64,000 nucleotides of DNA from Hydrolagus colliei. Taxonomy: Eukaryota. The stretch is from assembly GCA_035084275.1 (NCBI GenBank), contig CM068743.1:130386001-130450000 (forward strand), read 5' to 3'. The position numbers were made by a program, and so were the translations under genes. Positions 37,880-50,320 of the stretch are shown piece after piece (the stretch's first letter is position 1; every line of letters starts with the position of its first letter). Below the pieces are notes generated by a model. That model did not search any database. It was not told the origin of the DNA and saw only the letters and a program-made list of their open reading frames with translations.

Positions 37880-38505
37880 CCCACATCCGGTCCCTCACCA
37901 GCACAGTTTTTTTCCACCTCCGTTGGATCTCCCCGTCTCCAGCAATATCTTACCCCCCAAAACGGTGAAACCCTGGTCTGTGCCTTTGTCATCTCTCGGC
38001 TGGACTATTCCAATGCCCTCCTCACCGGTCTCCCCTCCATCACAATCCATAAAATCCAACTCATTCAAAACTCTGCCCGCATTCTCACTCGCACCAAACT
38101 CCACTCCCCTATTACCCCAGCCCTTGCCAGACTTCACTGACTCCCTGTCCCAGAGAAGATTGATTACAAGATCCTCACCCATGTTTTCAAATCCCTCCAC
38201 TCTTCTGCACCCCCCTATCTCTCTGACCTCTCTCCTCAAACCAGCACCCGCTGCCTTCGCTCCACTGGGTCTGGCCTCCATGTCCCCCGAATCCTCCGCT
38301 CCACCATCGGCGGCCGTGCCTTCAGCCACTATGCCCCAAGGGTCTGGAACTCCCTTCCTCACTCCCTTTGCCTCGCCCCCTCTTTTCCCAGTTTCAGGTC
38401 TCAGCTGAAGGCCTTTCTCTTCGACCGCGCCTTTGGTCATCTTTCTACTCCTGCCCCTGTCTTGGGCCCAGCATCCATTATTGTGAAGCGCTCTGAGACG
38501 CCGTC
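37880..38505 (+). mobile_element. Young L2 LINE 3' fragment
   Basis: ETLVCAFVISRLDYSNALLTGLP...PITPALARLH. Confidence 0.92.
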
Positions 38506-39207
38506 AAAGTACTCTTAAACCGGGTGACAATAGGTTTCTGAGTGTGACTCTGCACTGACCAAACAAAATTATTCTTATTAATTTTTTTTACATTAGGGCA
38601 TTACCAAGGTTAGCAAAATTATGACTCTGACACTGTTGACAGCACCAACCGTCACACATCTCAGATCCAAATCTCTACAAACAATGCTTTTTTTCAGTAA
38701 CCAGTTTCTGTGTCTAATCTCTTGAGTCTTGTGACTGTGAAACATTCCTCTTCATTTGTTTGGAGAGCTTGTTTTTCCACTTTTAAAGTTGGCTTGGGGA
38801 ATCACTTCACAAACTGAAAATAGCAATAACTAGCCTACCTAGCATGAGCCTGAGCCGCACAGACCACAGCGGTTCTTGGTTTGATCCCCAGTCTTCACTG
38901 GATTATCTGATTATCTGATCTCAGGTGAGGTAGTAGAGGAGATGCAGCATCTGGTAGCTTTGCCCCCATGCTGGGGGGAGGATCTCTCTACTTCGGATCA
39001 CTAATTATCACCAATCAGACTATCTGGGGAGGAGGATTTAAAAACAAAATAGTGTTCTTTCTTTGTTTCAAATCGAATTTACCTTGTACAAAGGGTGGGT
39101 TTGATTTCAATCCAGCTTTTGTTAGTTTTATTAAACTGTGAATTGTGCCCTCTTCAGTCAACGTTTAACAATGCACCTTTCTTTCAATGATTGCCAAAAC
39201 TGTTCTT

Positions 39208-39455
39208 TAATAATCCTTACATTTGATATAGCGATTTTCACGTCTTCTCAACGTCTTCTAGATGTCTTCACAGAATATACAGTAAAGTGAATTGACAATA
39301 TATTTGTGGGCGAAACACGGCAGCCAATAGTTTTTTTGGGAGGGATTATTATTAGGCGTGTGTAGTAAGGAAATTTGCCCCAGGTTTCGCCCTGCTTGGA
39401 TTCGAACACATGTCTCACGCATGTAAGGCGTGTGCGCTGAGCTACCGGATTCCAC
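39208..39455 (-). mobile_element. Deu-type SINE with an internal deletion
   Basis: Reverse complement of the head and tail of the 24597 copy. Confidence 0.88.
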
Positions 39456-41860
39456 ATTAAAAGCTAAGCAATTGTTCATGGTTTCTAGTTTGTCAGCTGG
39501 TTTTATATTTTCAATCGTGTTATTTTAATGAGCTTTACTTTGCCAGACAATGAATTTAATCTGAAGATTGTTGCAACCTAACTAATGAGTTTTAAATCCA
39601 AGGTAATATAATCTCTGAGATAATGGATCTGATCAGTTTAAAGACATTTCAGTCTAATTTACGTGTTGTATTATTATAATAATAATAATAATAATCCTTG
39701 CAGATGCTAAGGTGCCTTATCACATCTTATTCAGGATTGAATATGAGATTCTAATATTTCTGGATTTTTCCATTTAGGAAAAATATTTAATGTTAATATT
39801 TAATGATGATGTATTTTACAATATTTAGTCATTTAAAATCCTTTTATAGATTTCAGCGCAGGTTCCTGAAACACAGAGCAGGGTTGCACATCTGTTCTGC
39901 AAACCAAAACTTGAGGTTGTTTTGACACTGACACACTACTGATGTGTTTTTCCATTGCCAAGGCAACAGAGGTTGAAAAGTAATGCAGCTTTTTATTCTG
40001 CAAAATCTCAGGGAGGGGGCTAGGGGGGAAGGGGAGGCAAAGGAATATTAAAAATCTGTAGACAGGATACACCCAGGTCCTGAGAACAAGTACCGGTATT
40101 CTCTCACAAATGATTGACAGTGGAGAGCTTGTTCCTTCTTAGCAACAAACACTGTTGGCACTTGTTTTTCCATTGAAGCCACTTCAACTAAGAATGCCTT
40201 TTTGAGCATGCAAAGGTAATTTTGTATTGATGCACAGTAGTAATAATAATACTTAATAATACATTTAATAAAGCACTTTTCACGTGTTCCAGACGTCTCA
40301 AAGCACTTCACAGTATATACTGTAAAGTGAATTGACTGTATACATGCGGGCAAAACGTATACAGTAGACAGTTTGGGGCCCACCAAGCCTCAGTTTAAGT
40401 GTAAGACTGATCTTCAAATGAAAATTTTGGAAAGTTCGTAAATTGACCAGATTTAAAAACTATTTTTTAAAAACTTTTTTTCAGAAAATCAATCTTGCAA
40501 CCAGAAAACAATAATAATAATCCTTGCATTTGATATGGATTTTTACTGGCTGTTTGGGCCTGGAGTGAACCCACATTTTTTTCTAGTTTAGTTTATTTGC
40601 TATTACCCCAGTAAAATGTGTTGAAGTGTGTGACATCTAATTTGACATAAACTAATTTCAGCTGGTGAGTATGCTTTTATTCTCCTTGGGGGAGGTAAGC
40701 AGAGTCTCCTTGAAACTGAATGTCAGAATCGACCTCTATGACAGTCTATTTAGGCCAATTCCTGAACGAGGCAGGACTGCAGTATTCCAGGGCACTGCTG
40801 ATGACAGCACAGTCAGTCTGGCTCATTGGCAGGACTTGGAAGGGCAGACCAGTCACTGGGAACTCTTCACACTCTGCTCCTGATAACCCTGCAACAACAA
40901 CAAAATACAACAAAATGATATTTGTGTAGTGCCTTTCACGTTAGAAGACGTCCCAAGCTGCAAGCTGAAGCCCTGCTGGGTAGTCCTAGCTGGACAAGCA
41001 GGGAGTGAACTTCCCAGGTAGTTTTCTCCAAGGCAAAACATGCAGTGCCCCATTGAACACTCTGGTGTCCTCAAGTCGTGGCTCTTGCCAACCTGCGTCT
41101 AACACTTTATGGAATTAAGTAAGTAAGATGTGTCCCTCTAGGAAGAGAGTGTGCACTCCATTACAAGAAATACCTCTGGAATTTCCATGTGAAGGTGGGA
41201 TACTCAACTTGGTTTGGATGCTCTTAAGGTGAAGGGTTTGTACATGTATCAGACACTTGGCTGATCAAACAAAAACAAGTATTACAGCATAATTTTGTTT
41301 TGGGCTATGTTTACATATTTTAAAAGATTTACTGATTTATTTTTTTCATGAACTCAGTGGTCTTTTAATACTAAGCAGTAACAGTAAATATTATATTAGT
41401 ACTATATGTGAATATAATGAGTATTAGTATTTTTAAGGAAAGCATTCTGTTTTTTTAGGTAGTCATCATGTACGGAATTGGGTTATGGCTTCTAGTTTCA
41501 GGATTTCCCAAACAGCCTTGGGGTCTCCCTGCTCCTCATCCTGTCAATAAAATCCCGATGTGAAAGGCGCTATATAAATCTAATTTTGTTGTTGTTGTTG
41601 TTGTCGAGCACTGTGAGACTTTTCATGATGTGATAAAACATAAAAATGCAAGGATTATTTTTATATTATGTTTTTGGTCTATTTACACATTATGTTCTAA
41701 AATCAAGAGACTATAAGGCACTGATTACTGAGATTCTGGTCTCCAAATGTAAACTTCCCCATTTTAGCTGTTGCTATGAGATACCGTGTTGTATTTGAAA
41801 AACAATCTGCAAATCAAGCGAACAATACAAAACGTGTGACTTTCTTTTTGACTATTTCAG

Positions 41861-41962
41861 ATGTGCAGCTCCATTCCAGGATGGCTTAGCCGTGAGTGGG
41901 GTTCAGGAGAAGCAACGCCCTAAAGCCCCACGTCTGAGGAAGCTTACAAGGCAGTATAGCTT
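41861..41962 (+). CDS. EPB41L4B: EPB41L4B exon E (phase 2 to 2): CAAPFQDGLAVSGVQEKQRPKAPRLRKLTRQYS(F)
   Basis: tttcag acceptor and gtgagt donor. RKLTRQYSF matches recalled human KPPRVRKLTRQYSF. Confidence 0.93.
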
Positions 41963-42682
41963 GTGAGTTATTTAAGCTGTCTTCTCTTAAAAATTGTCAG
42001 ATATTATTTTCGCTGAGCTTTCCTGTTCACGCATCTGTGAGATACGGGTGAGAAACTTACTCAGGCTCCGCACACAGATGAATCATGATTTCAAACGCAT
42101 ATTTCGCAATTCTTCACTCTAGAAACAGGTTTTCTGCCTGTCTTGACAGTTACACAAGGTCATCCCAGTATCTGGATGTGTAACGAAACACCACACATCC
42201 TGCAAATAGAGGTGCACTTAATTGGAGTGAGTTAGGATGAACCACAGAGAGTTTGTTGACATAGCTGGTGCACTTTCTATCTCAATAAGTGACAGCCTCC
42301 TCTGGGAGCAGGCTGTCACTCAAGTACACACAGCAAGTTGTGGATCATCTCTGGGCCATGCGACAATGTCTTTGGTCAGCAGTCTTAATTTCTAATTTCC
42401 CCCTCATTCCATCCCTATTTGTTGACGTATTGAGGGCTTGTATAGCCTTAGTGCTATAGAAACACAATTTGTTGACATTGTGGCATTAATGTCAGTGTTA
42501 AATTGGGGACCCAGGCAATTTCTCATAGAAAGGTAGTAGGAAATTGGACAGCAAACAATGATAACGTCAACAAGAGTTTGGGTTCCCCCTCTTCAACTCC
42601 TCAGCTAAATACCTGACTATCCATCACCTTGACAGGTCTTTATTATGTGAAAAGCAGTTGTTGAAAGGAATTTCTGCCTGAC

Positions 42683-43210
42683 AAGGCTGCACTATGGCAA
42701 CTACCTCCTTGTTGGCCTCTCCAACTTTTCTCTCCACAAGCTGCAGATCATCCAAAACTCTGCAGCTCATGTCCTCTCCCACACCAGGCTCCTCGACCCC
42801 ATCACCCCCACCCTTGCCCAGCTCCACTCGCTCCTCATTCCTCAGAGGATCGAATTCAAGATCCTTGTCCTCACTTTCAAGGCCCTCCACAGCCTTGCCC
42901 TCTCCTACCTCTGACATGTTGACCCCCCATCAGCCTGTCCACTCCCTCTGTTCAGCAGCCTCTGGCCTGCTCCGGTCTCCCACCCGACCCGCTCTACCAT
43001 CGGTGACTGGGCTTTCAGCCTCTCTGTCCCTGCACTTTGGAACTCCATCCCTCAATCCCTTCACCTTGCTCCCTCCCGTGCCTCCGTCAAGACTCTCCTC
43101 TTCGACCGTGCCTTCAGTCGCCCTCCTACCTCTCTGCCCTCCCTCATTCCCCGCTCCCACTGCTCAGGTCCTGACTCCTAACTGCTCAGCCCTCTTTACA
43201 CTATAAATGT
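42683..43210 (+). mobile_element. L2 LINE 3' fragment
   Basis: Nucleotide similarity to the other L2 copies (cagaggatcgaattcaagatcctt). Confidence 0.85.
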
Positions 43211-43469
43211 AATAATAATAATCCTTCTAGACTGTGTCTCAAAGCGCTTCACAGAATATACTGTAAAGTGAATTGACTATATTTGTGGACGAAATGCGGC
43301 AGCCAAATGCACACGTGCGTGTTCCACAAACAGTCGTGGATTGAAATGACCAATTTATTACTGTTTATTTTTGACGGATTATTATTAAGCGTGTGAAAGT
43401 AAGGAAACTTGCCGAAGGTTTCGCCCTGACCTGCCTGGAATCGAACACAGGTCTCATGCTAGTAAGGTG
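43211..43469 (-). mobile_element. Deu-type SINE abutting the tail of an L2 fragment
   Basis: Reverse complement match to the SINE body. L2-type (TTG)n tail sequence follows at about 43470-43490. Confidence 0.85.
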
Positions 43470-44567
43470 ATTAATTTTGTTGTTGTTGTATTGTCTAATG
43501 TACTTTGGCATCATAAACAATTTGTAGAGTCTTAATATCTCCCAGATAACCTCTCCGGATCCCTATATCACATCATGTGATTTAGCGGATGGCAAAAGCT
43601 GAACTTTTCGCTACGTTTTCGGTTTAAAAGGGAAAGAGATTCAAGCCTTTATGAGTCATGTTCATGGTAAATAAAATCACAAAAGTAAAGTTTATTGTTT
43701 TGGAACAAAATAAGCTGCCAAAGGTGACAACTGAGACATCAAACACTAAACGAGTTAGCAGAAAATATCTCGGCATTATTCTCAAAAGCACTTTTCTCAG
43801 CGGGGCATAAGTACCACCATTTAGCAGCCAAACGAGAGCACATCCATTTAAAGAGTTGGCAGTGAGATTTCAGTCGTGAGTGGAGAGACTAGTATGTAAC
43901 TATGTAACTGTAAAAGCTGCGTATTGTGCAGGATGATTTTGTCATGCTGTTCAGGCTGAAGGCTCAGTAATTATAATTTAACCTTTTTCTTTAGGAATCG
44001 CAGTTGCTTTCATATTCTAATGTGCGACAATTCGTGTTTCCATCATGAATTTTGCAGAATTCTTTGCTTTAAATTTTTGTGGGAAGATGGAGAAACGCGA
44101 AGGAATGTAATGTTCTCTTCCATCGCTTTTCCCCTCTCCATAGGTCAGTGAGAAGTGAACTATACAGAACACAAAGTCATAGGATTGATCGTTTGTTCAC
44201 ATTGAGTTAGCTGGTCACAACTAATGTGTTGAAATAGCCTCAACACTTCTGGACTGCGGAAAGGAGAAATCGGCTATGGTTTCCACTCTTAATGATGTGC
44301 AGTGAATCATAGTAGAAAGTGCGTACGTACACAGCATTGGGTGAAGAGAGGATAGCTCACAGCTGACTGGCATGCCAGTGCTCGTGGTCTAAACTTGGCC
44401 ATGAGAGGTATCAGAGAAAGATATTTTGTACCACCTGATTATGTCAAAACATCTCAAAGCCCTTTACAATAACTATTGTCAAGTTGAGAGACTGTTATAT
44501 GCAAGTACAAAAGCTATTTTGCTCACAGCATGGTTCCACTAAGAGTCGTAAGTTAAATGACTAATTA

Positions 44568-45288
44568 CAGTAGAAGCCCATTTATCCAGCACCCGCGGGA
44601 CCTGGCTAATGCCGGTTAAAGCGCCTGCTGGATATTCGCGGCCGAAAACCCACTACAAAAAAATTAACACGTTCTTTTAACACACCATACACACCAGACT
44701 AAGCAATGGCAGATAGGGACAGAATGTTGTGTTGGTACTTGTTGTTGGGGCTGCTCTCTTGCGCTTCTCACCTTTGCTGGTTGGGGTTTACAGTCCAGCG
44801 ATTCTTTTTTGGATAGGGGCGCCAGGTGGGTGAAAAAAACGGCAGCGCGATTTTAAAGTCGCGCGACTTTACTAGCTGCAAGCCGAAGCCCTAGACTCTA
44901 CTAGCAGCAAACCAAAATACTACATCTGCACGACAATGTGGGTTATCGGCTAGTGTTATCGGCTTGCCGCTAGTATGGCTTTAAAGTCATCCGCGCTCTG
45001 TTTTCTTCGCCCGCTTGGCGTGCTCCATTTTGTGGGGAGTCACTGGACTGTAAACCTCAACCGCAGCATCATGGCTTCAAGCGCAGCATCTACCAGCGGG
45101 GGTGGGGGGTTTTGACAGTGAGTGCCAACGCGGTATTCTGTTGTTATGTTATTATTTATGCATTTACAAATGTTCCACTGCTATTGTTCCAGATAAGTTC
45201 CAGTTTATTGAATGGGGACATTTTTGGGGGCGTGCCAGTTATACGGAAGTGCCTTTGCAAAGAGTCACGGATAAACGGGCTTCTACTG
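44568..45288. mobile_element. Tigger-type non-autonomous element (721 bp)
   Basis: TA|CAGTAGAAGCCCATTTATCC ... GGATAAACGGGCTTCTACTG|TA. Confidence 0.9.
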
Positions 45289-45296
45289 TATAATAT

Positions 45297-45597
45297 TAAT
45301 AATCCTTGCATTTCATATAACGCCTTTCATGACTTCTAGGAGTCTCGAAGCGCTTCACAGAATATACTGTAAAGTGAATTGACTGTATTTTTTGTGGGTG
45401 AAACGTGGCAGCCAATTACGCACAGCAGTGTCCTACAAGTCGTGGATTGAAATGACCAATCTACTACTATTTTTTGAGGGATTATTATTAGGGGTGTGAA
45501 GCAAGGAAACTTGCTCAAAATTTTGCCCTGCCTGGAATCAAATCCAGGTCTCTCGCTTGAAAGTTAAATGCTCTAACCACTGAGCTACAGGACTCTA
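45297..45597 (-). mobile_element. Deu-type SINE, full length
   Basis: Reverse complement includes gagtcctgtagctcagtggttagagc. Confidence 0.9.
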
Positions 45598-45829
45598 CTA
45601 CATTGACTGTATTTTTCGTGGGCGAAACATGGCAGCCAATTGCGCACGGCAGATAATTTTATAATATCTGATTAGCCAGGTCACCTTCAAATCTAAAACA
45701 CATTTACTTCGTCACCAATCTCCTGCCTTCTCCATCTTATTTACTTTCCTTCTTTAGCTCTGAATTCAAATTTTAAGAGGATATGAACTTCCTTATGTCC
45801 AACGTCAATGCCATTCACATGTCCATTTT

Positions 45830-46560
45830 AACCACAACCACAAAGTACATTTGTACGCCTTTCACATCGGGAGGATGTCCCAAGGCACTGGACAATCAGT
45901 GTTTCTGAGCTGAGGGGAGGGTGGAGGGCAGTGGGGGGAACGAGAGTGACCAAGGTCACGGTTGAAGAAGAGGGTCTTGAGACAGGTCTTGAAGGAGGTA
46001 AGGGTGGGGCGAGACGGAGGGATTGTGGGATGGAGTTCCAGGGGGTGAAGGTAAAGTCGCATCACAGCTCCCCTGCCAATGGTGGGGCGGGGACGTGAAG
46101 CGGGCCACAGCCCACTGAGCAGAGGGAGCGCACAGGTTGTTAGGGAGTTAGTTACAGGATCGCAGAGTTAGTGGGGAGTGAGGCCAAGTAGGGCTTTGAA
46201 AATGAGTATCAGGATCTTGAACTGTATCCTCTATGTGATGAGAGGCGGTGTAGGAGGATGGAATGGTTGACAGTGTTGAAAGCAGCAGAGAGGACAAGGA
46301 GGCAGAGAGAGCCCTAGTTGCAGATGTTTAGAATGTCGTTAGTGCCTTTGACCAGGGCTGTTTCCGTGCTTTCCGTGCTCAAAGAAGGAATGGTGAGAGA
46401 GGAACGAGCGAAGCTGGAACACGGCTCATTCCTGGGCCTTCACGAGGGTTGGGGTGAGATGGGGTGATAAATGGAGAGTGATGAGTTCAGGCAAGATTTT
46501 TTCAGGATGTGGGTATTGACAGCTGTTTTTAGGGGGGTGGGAAGAGCGTTGGTGATGTTT
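45830..46560 (-). mobile_element. L2 LINE fragment(s) with an internal deletion
   Basis: SFKTCLKTLFFN, the tail, and an upstream RT-region remnant. Confidence 0.78.
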
Positions 46561-48025
46561 TTAAGTGTTACAAGGTGATTATTACTAAGGCTAGCCACAC
46601 CCTTCCTATTTGACCTTACTGCTTACTGCTCTCTTGCTCCCTCTGTTCAGCAAACTTGGGCTGCTATGCCTCGTGGCAGAACATTTCAGAGACTCTGCCC
46701 TACCTTCTGGACATCACTCCTTAAATCACTCTGCCCTCTCCCTTGCTACTTGTCTTTTTGAACAAAAATGTTGAAAGTCAACTCCCTCCTTTTCTCCCCT
46801 CCCCCTTTCTACTTGGTGTCTAGGAGCAACTCTATAAAGCCTTTTCAGACATCTCCCTATATAAATGCAAGTTTATGAAGGCACTATATAAACGCACATT
46901 TTTGTAGTTTATTCTACATTTTCCTGATAGATTTCACCAACGATTGGAATGTGAAATTGGTGAATAATGTCACTGATCGGAAAATACAGATGAGAAATAT
47001 GGGACCTCCAGACCCACACCGCGACGTGAATGGTATTCAATAGTAAGTGTATTTCTTTGTGGTAGCACAATGCAGAAAATGTCTGGTAATTTGATATGCA
47101 TACTGCAGCACAATTCTGTATATTGTAGAAGTAGTTTTTGTCAAACACTATACCTGCTTTTCAAATGTTCATTGCAATTAGGACAGTCGAGTCTAAAATG
47201 CCATCATTTTTCAATGTCATTTAAGACATCGCTAATGTGAAATAATAGGTTATATGTATGGCATTGCATTGATTTCACCAAAGGTTCATTTCTGAACTTC
47301 ATTATTACTGCAGACTTGCTTCTTTTCTCTGTACAACAAAGGGCGTACATTCTGCTAATCAGTATCTTGAGGACAGTTTGTCTTCCGGGAACTGGATGTT
47401 TGGATGAGCGAGATCCTGTCTGCCTGAGATCCCATGGTACTATTCAAAAAGAACAGAGAGTTTATCCCCGTGTCCTGGCCGACAATCCCCTAAATAAAAT
47501 TGTTCATTAAATCCTTAGCCATTTGTGCAATATTGCTGACTGCAGATTGACTGCCAAATTTATCTACAAAGTATACAATTACTACAGTTGACAGTAAATC
47601 CCTTAAACATGAAAGACACTGTATCAAATGCAATGATTTTTATTCTTAAGCAACTTCACTGTCAGCACATCGGGTTAGTGAAATGAATAAAATAATCTGC
47701 TCGATCAGTTTGGAGCATCTGGGACTAATGCTGATTATGATCTTTTATGTGGCTGAACTAGTTTTAAACAAGACTGCAGAATCAACATGCATCTTAACCT
47801 ATTGTTTGGAAGTATCCCTTTGTAACGTACATCTATAAAATATAAGATTTGATTGTTTTTATGGATTGGCCAGTTGCGTGCTCTTTCTGCTAAGACACTC
47901 TTTCTCTGCGCCAAACAAAGATATTGTCCACAGGCAACTTGACCAGAATATTTACTAAACAATCTCAGATACATCTCCTGTATAACCCGGACCATGTGAA
48001 ATGTGAACAGTGAAAGTAGTTTGTA

Positions 48026-48228
48026 CAGTAAAAGCCCGTTTATCCAGCACCCGATCAACCATAACGTCCGTATAACCGGCATTGCAAAAAAAGGTCCGCA
48101 TTCGATTAACTGGAATTTATCCGGAAAATGCATTGAATTTTTTTTTGCGTTTTTGGCCGAATATCCGGCACACGCTTTAACCGGCATTGGCCAGGTCCCG
48201 AGGGTGCCGGATAAATGGGCTTTTACTG
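48026..48228. mobile_element. Short (203 bp) relative of the 44568-45288 element, in opposite orientation
   Basis: TA|CAGTAAAAGCCCGTTTATCC ... GGATAAATGGGCTTTTACTG|TA. The reverse complement of the right end aligns to the first ~75 bp of the 44568 element. Confidence 0.9.
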
Positions 48229-50022
48229 TACTTTTTTTAAAAGTCAGCCGCAGAATCTTCTAACTGGTGAAGTTATGACACAGATGGTATCATTCATCAT
48301 GTGTCATGAGCCTAGGGTGAAACATGCTGCAAGTAAAATTTTGAAGTCCTTAGGGCATGATGGACCAACCTGTTGGCTGCTGAGGAGCGACTGCAGTATT
48401 TAAGAAACATCTGTGGGCCACAGAAGCAATATTTTTATGTTTCCCTTCCAGAAACATAACATATACACAGCAACGTTTGCGTGCTGGAAGAATGTCTCAT
48501 GGCACTTGACGTTGCCAGCTTGGCACCCAAGGGGAAAAGATGACCGAAAGTTTGGTCAAAGAGTCAGACCTTGACTTCCTCTCAGTTCTGCGGGAGCTTC
48601 CTGACACATTACAACACATTGAGCTGCGGGGAGTGGAAATAATGCCACCTGTTATTGCAGTCTGTCAGGAACACAGAGCTGAGGGGAACACAAGCGGGTC
48701 TCCTTACACACTGCATCGTCCCAACCATCGGTTCCTGCCACTGCCATGAGAGGATGGTTAAACCGGTTGGGATTGGGCGGGGGGCGGACTGGATGAATTT
48801 ATCTCCTGGGTTACGTGCGTCCCACTGGCCCCTAGTTGGACCATCCTACTTTTGGACATAAGTACTCCTCAAAAGGAATGTCGCTTCAACTTTCGGATAT
48901 GGGGATAAGGCGGGTAGGTGGAGTTAGATTAGAAGATCAGACATGATCTTATTGAATGCCGGGGCAGTCTCGAGGGGCCGAATGGCCTACTCCTGGTCCT
49001 AATTCTTATGTTCTTGCCATCCAGTCTAAATTGATCTCATGAACATCCCACAAGACAGAGTTGGTGCACTTGATATCACCCCTCCACAATATCAACTATA
49101 GTATCTTTTCATTACAGTTTGATGCAAGATGAGTCCAGCACCATGTGCCATACTCTCCTTTCTGATAAATAGGTTGTAAGAAAATTCCTCACATAATAAT
49201 CCTTGCATTTGATATAGCGCTTTTCACATCTTATCGACGTCTCAAAGCGCTTCACAGAATTTACTGTAAAGTGAATTGACTGTACATTTGGGAGAAATGC
49301 AGCAGCCAATTGCGCACATATCAAAAAGTGACAATAGGGTTAACAAAATAATTGTTGAAAAATTACAGAAAAACAGCTTCCAAATTAAGACTGAATTTAA
49401 CCAAAATCAACACAGTTTTAAATTATAACATAATAAGTCTCAAGACTAACAATCACAAGTGTTTCAGGTTTCTGATTTTAATAGTATAATGAATAGCATA
49501 ATTTCTGACCTTTCATAGAATAATGAAAGGCATAATCCAAAATCTTCCGTTCTATTCAATCTGTAGACTAGCATAAGGCAAAGGTGGCTTCTGTTTTACA
49601 TAATAGTTAACGGTGTTAGGTAAGTGAAATATAAAGTTACATCACACAAGCATTTCCTAAATCATAGTATTTCACCATTACATCAGCCTGTCCTCTGTGA
49701 TGGTATCGCTTTTGACCAACAAGGAATCGCAGTTGTCTGTGAATCAATCTTAATGGACAAGGTACTGTGTGCAATCTGTATCCATCCTTGGCTGTGATCT
49801 CTTTTGGCAGGATTGTGACACAGATGGTATCATTCACCATATGTCACAAATCTAGGTTGGAATGTGCTGCAAGTACAATTTTGCATTGAGTACATTTTGA
49901 AGTCCTTTTCATCACATGTTCTCCTCGAGAGGAATGTTCTTTCAGCTCCAGTTTTACCATCTAATCTAAATTGTTACAATGAATATTGGCCTGGAACTGA
50001 GAAACACTAACAGGTTAAACAT

Positions 50023-50320
50023 TGGAGTCCTGTAGCTCAGTGGTTAGAGCACTCGCCTCACAAGTGAGAGAACTGGGTTCGATTCCAGACAGATCAAAAC
50101 TATGGGCAAGTTTCCGTACTCCACACGCCTGATAATAGTCCCCCAACAAAAAAAAATTGGTCACTTCAATCGGTCACTCTTTGTGGGACACTGCTGCACA
50201 CAATTGGCTGCCGAGTTTCGCCCACAAATATGCAGTCAATTCACTTTACCATACATGCTGTGAAGCGCTTTGCGATGTGTAGAAGATGTGAAAAGAACTA
50301 TATCAAATGCAATTATTATT
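50023..50320 (+). mobile_element. Deu-type SINE, full length
   Basis: GGAGTCCTGTAGCTCAGTGGTTAGAGCACTCGCCTCACAAG...GGTTCGATTCC head, core and tail. Confidence 0.9.

Noticed and set aside
48761-48768. AACCGGTT (GRHL-type motif), plus AP-1/FOX-like motifs near 25209-25262
   Set aside because: Short motifs are expected by chance in 64 kb and no conservation evidence is available.
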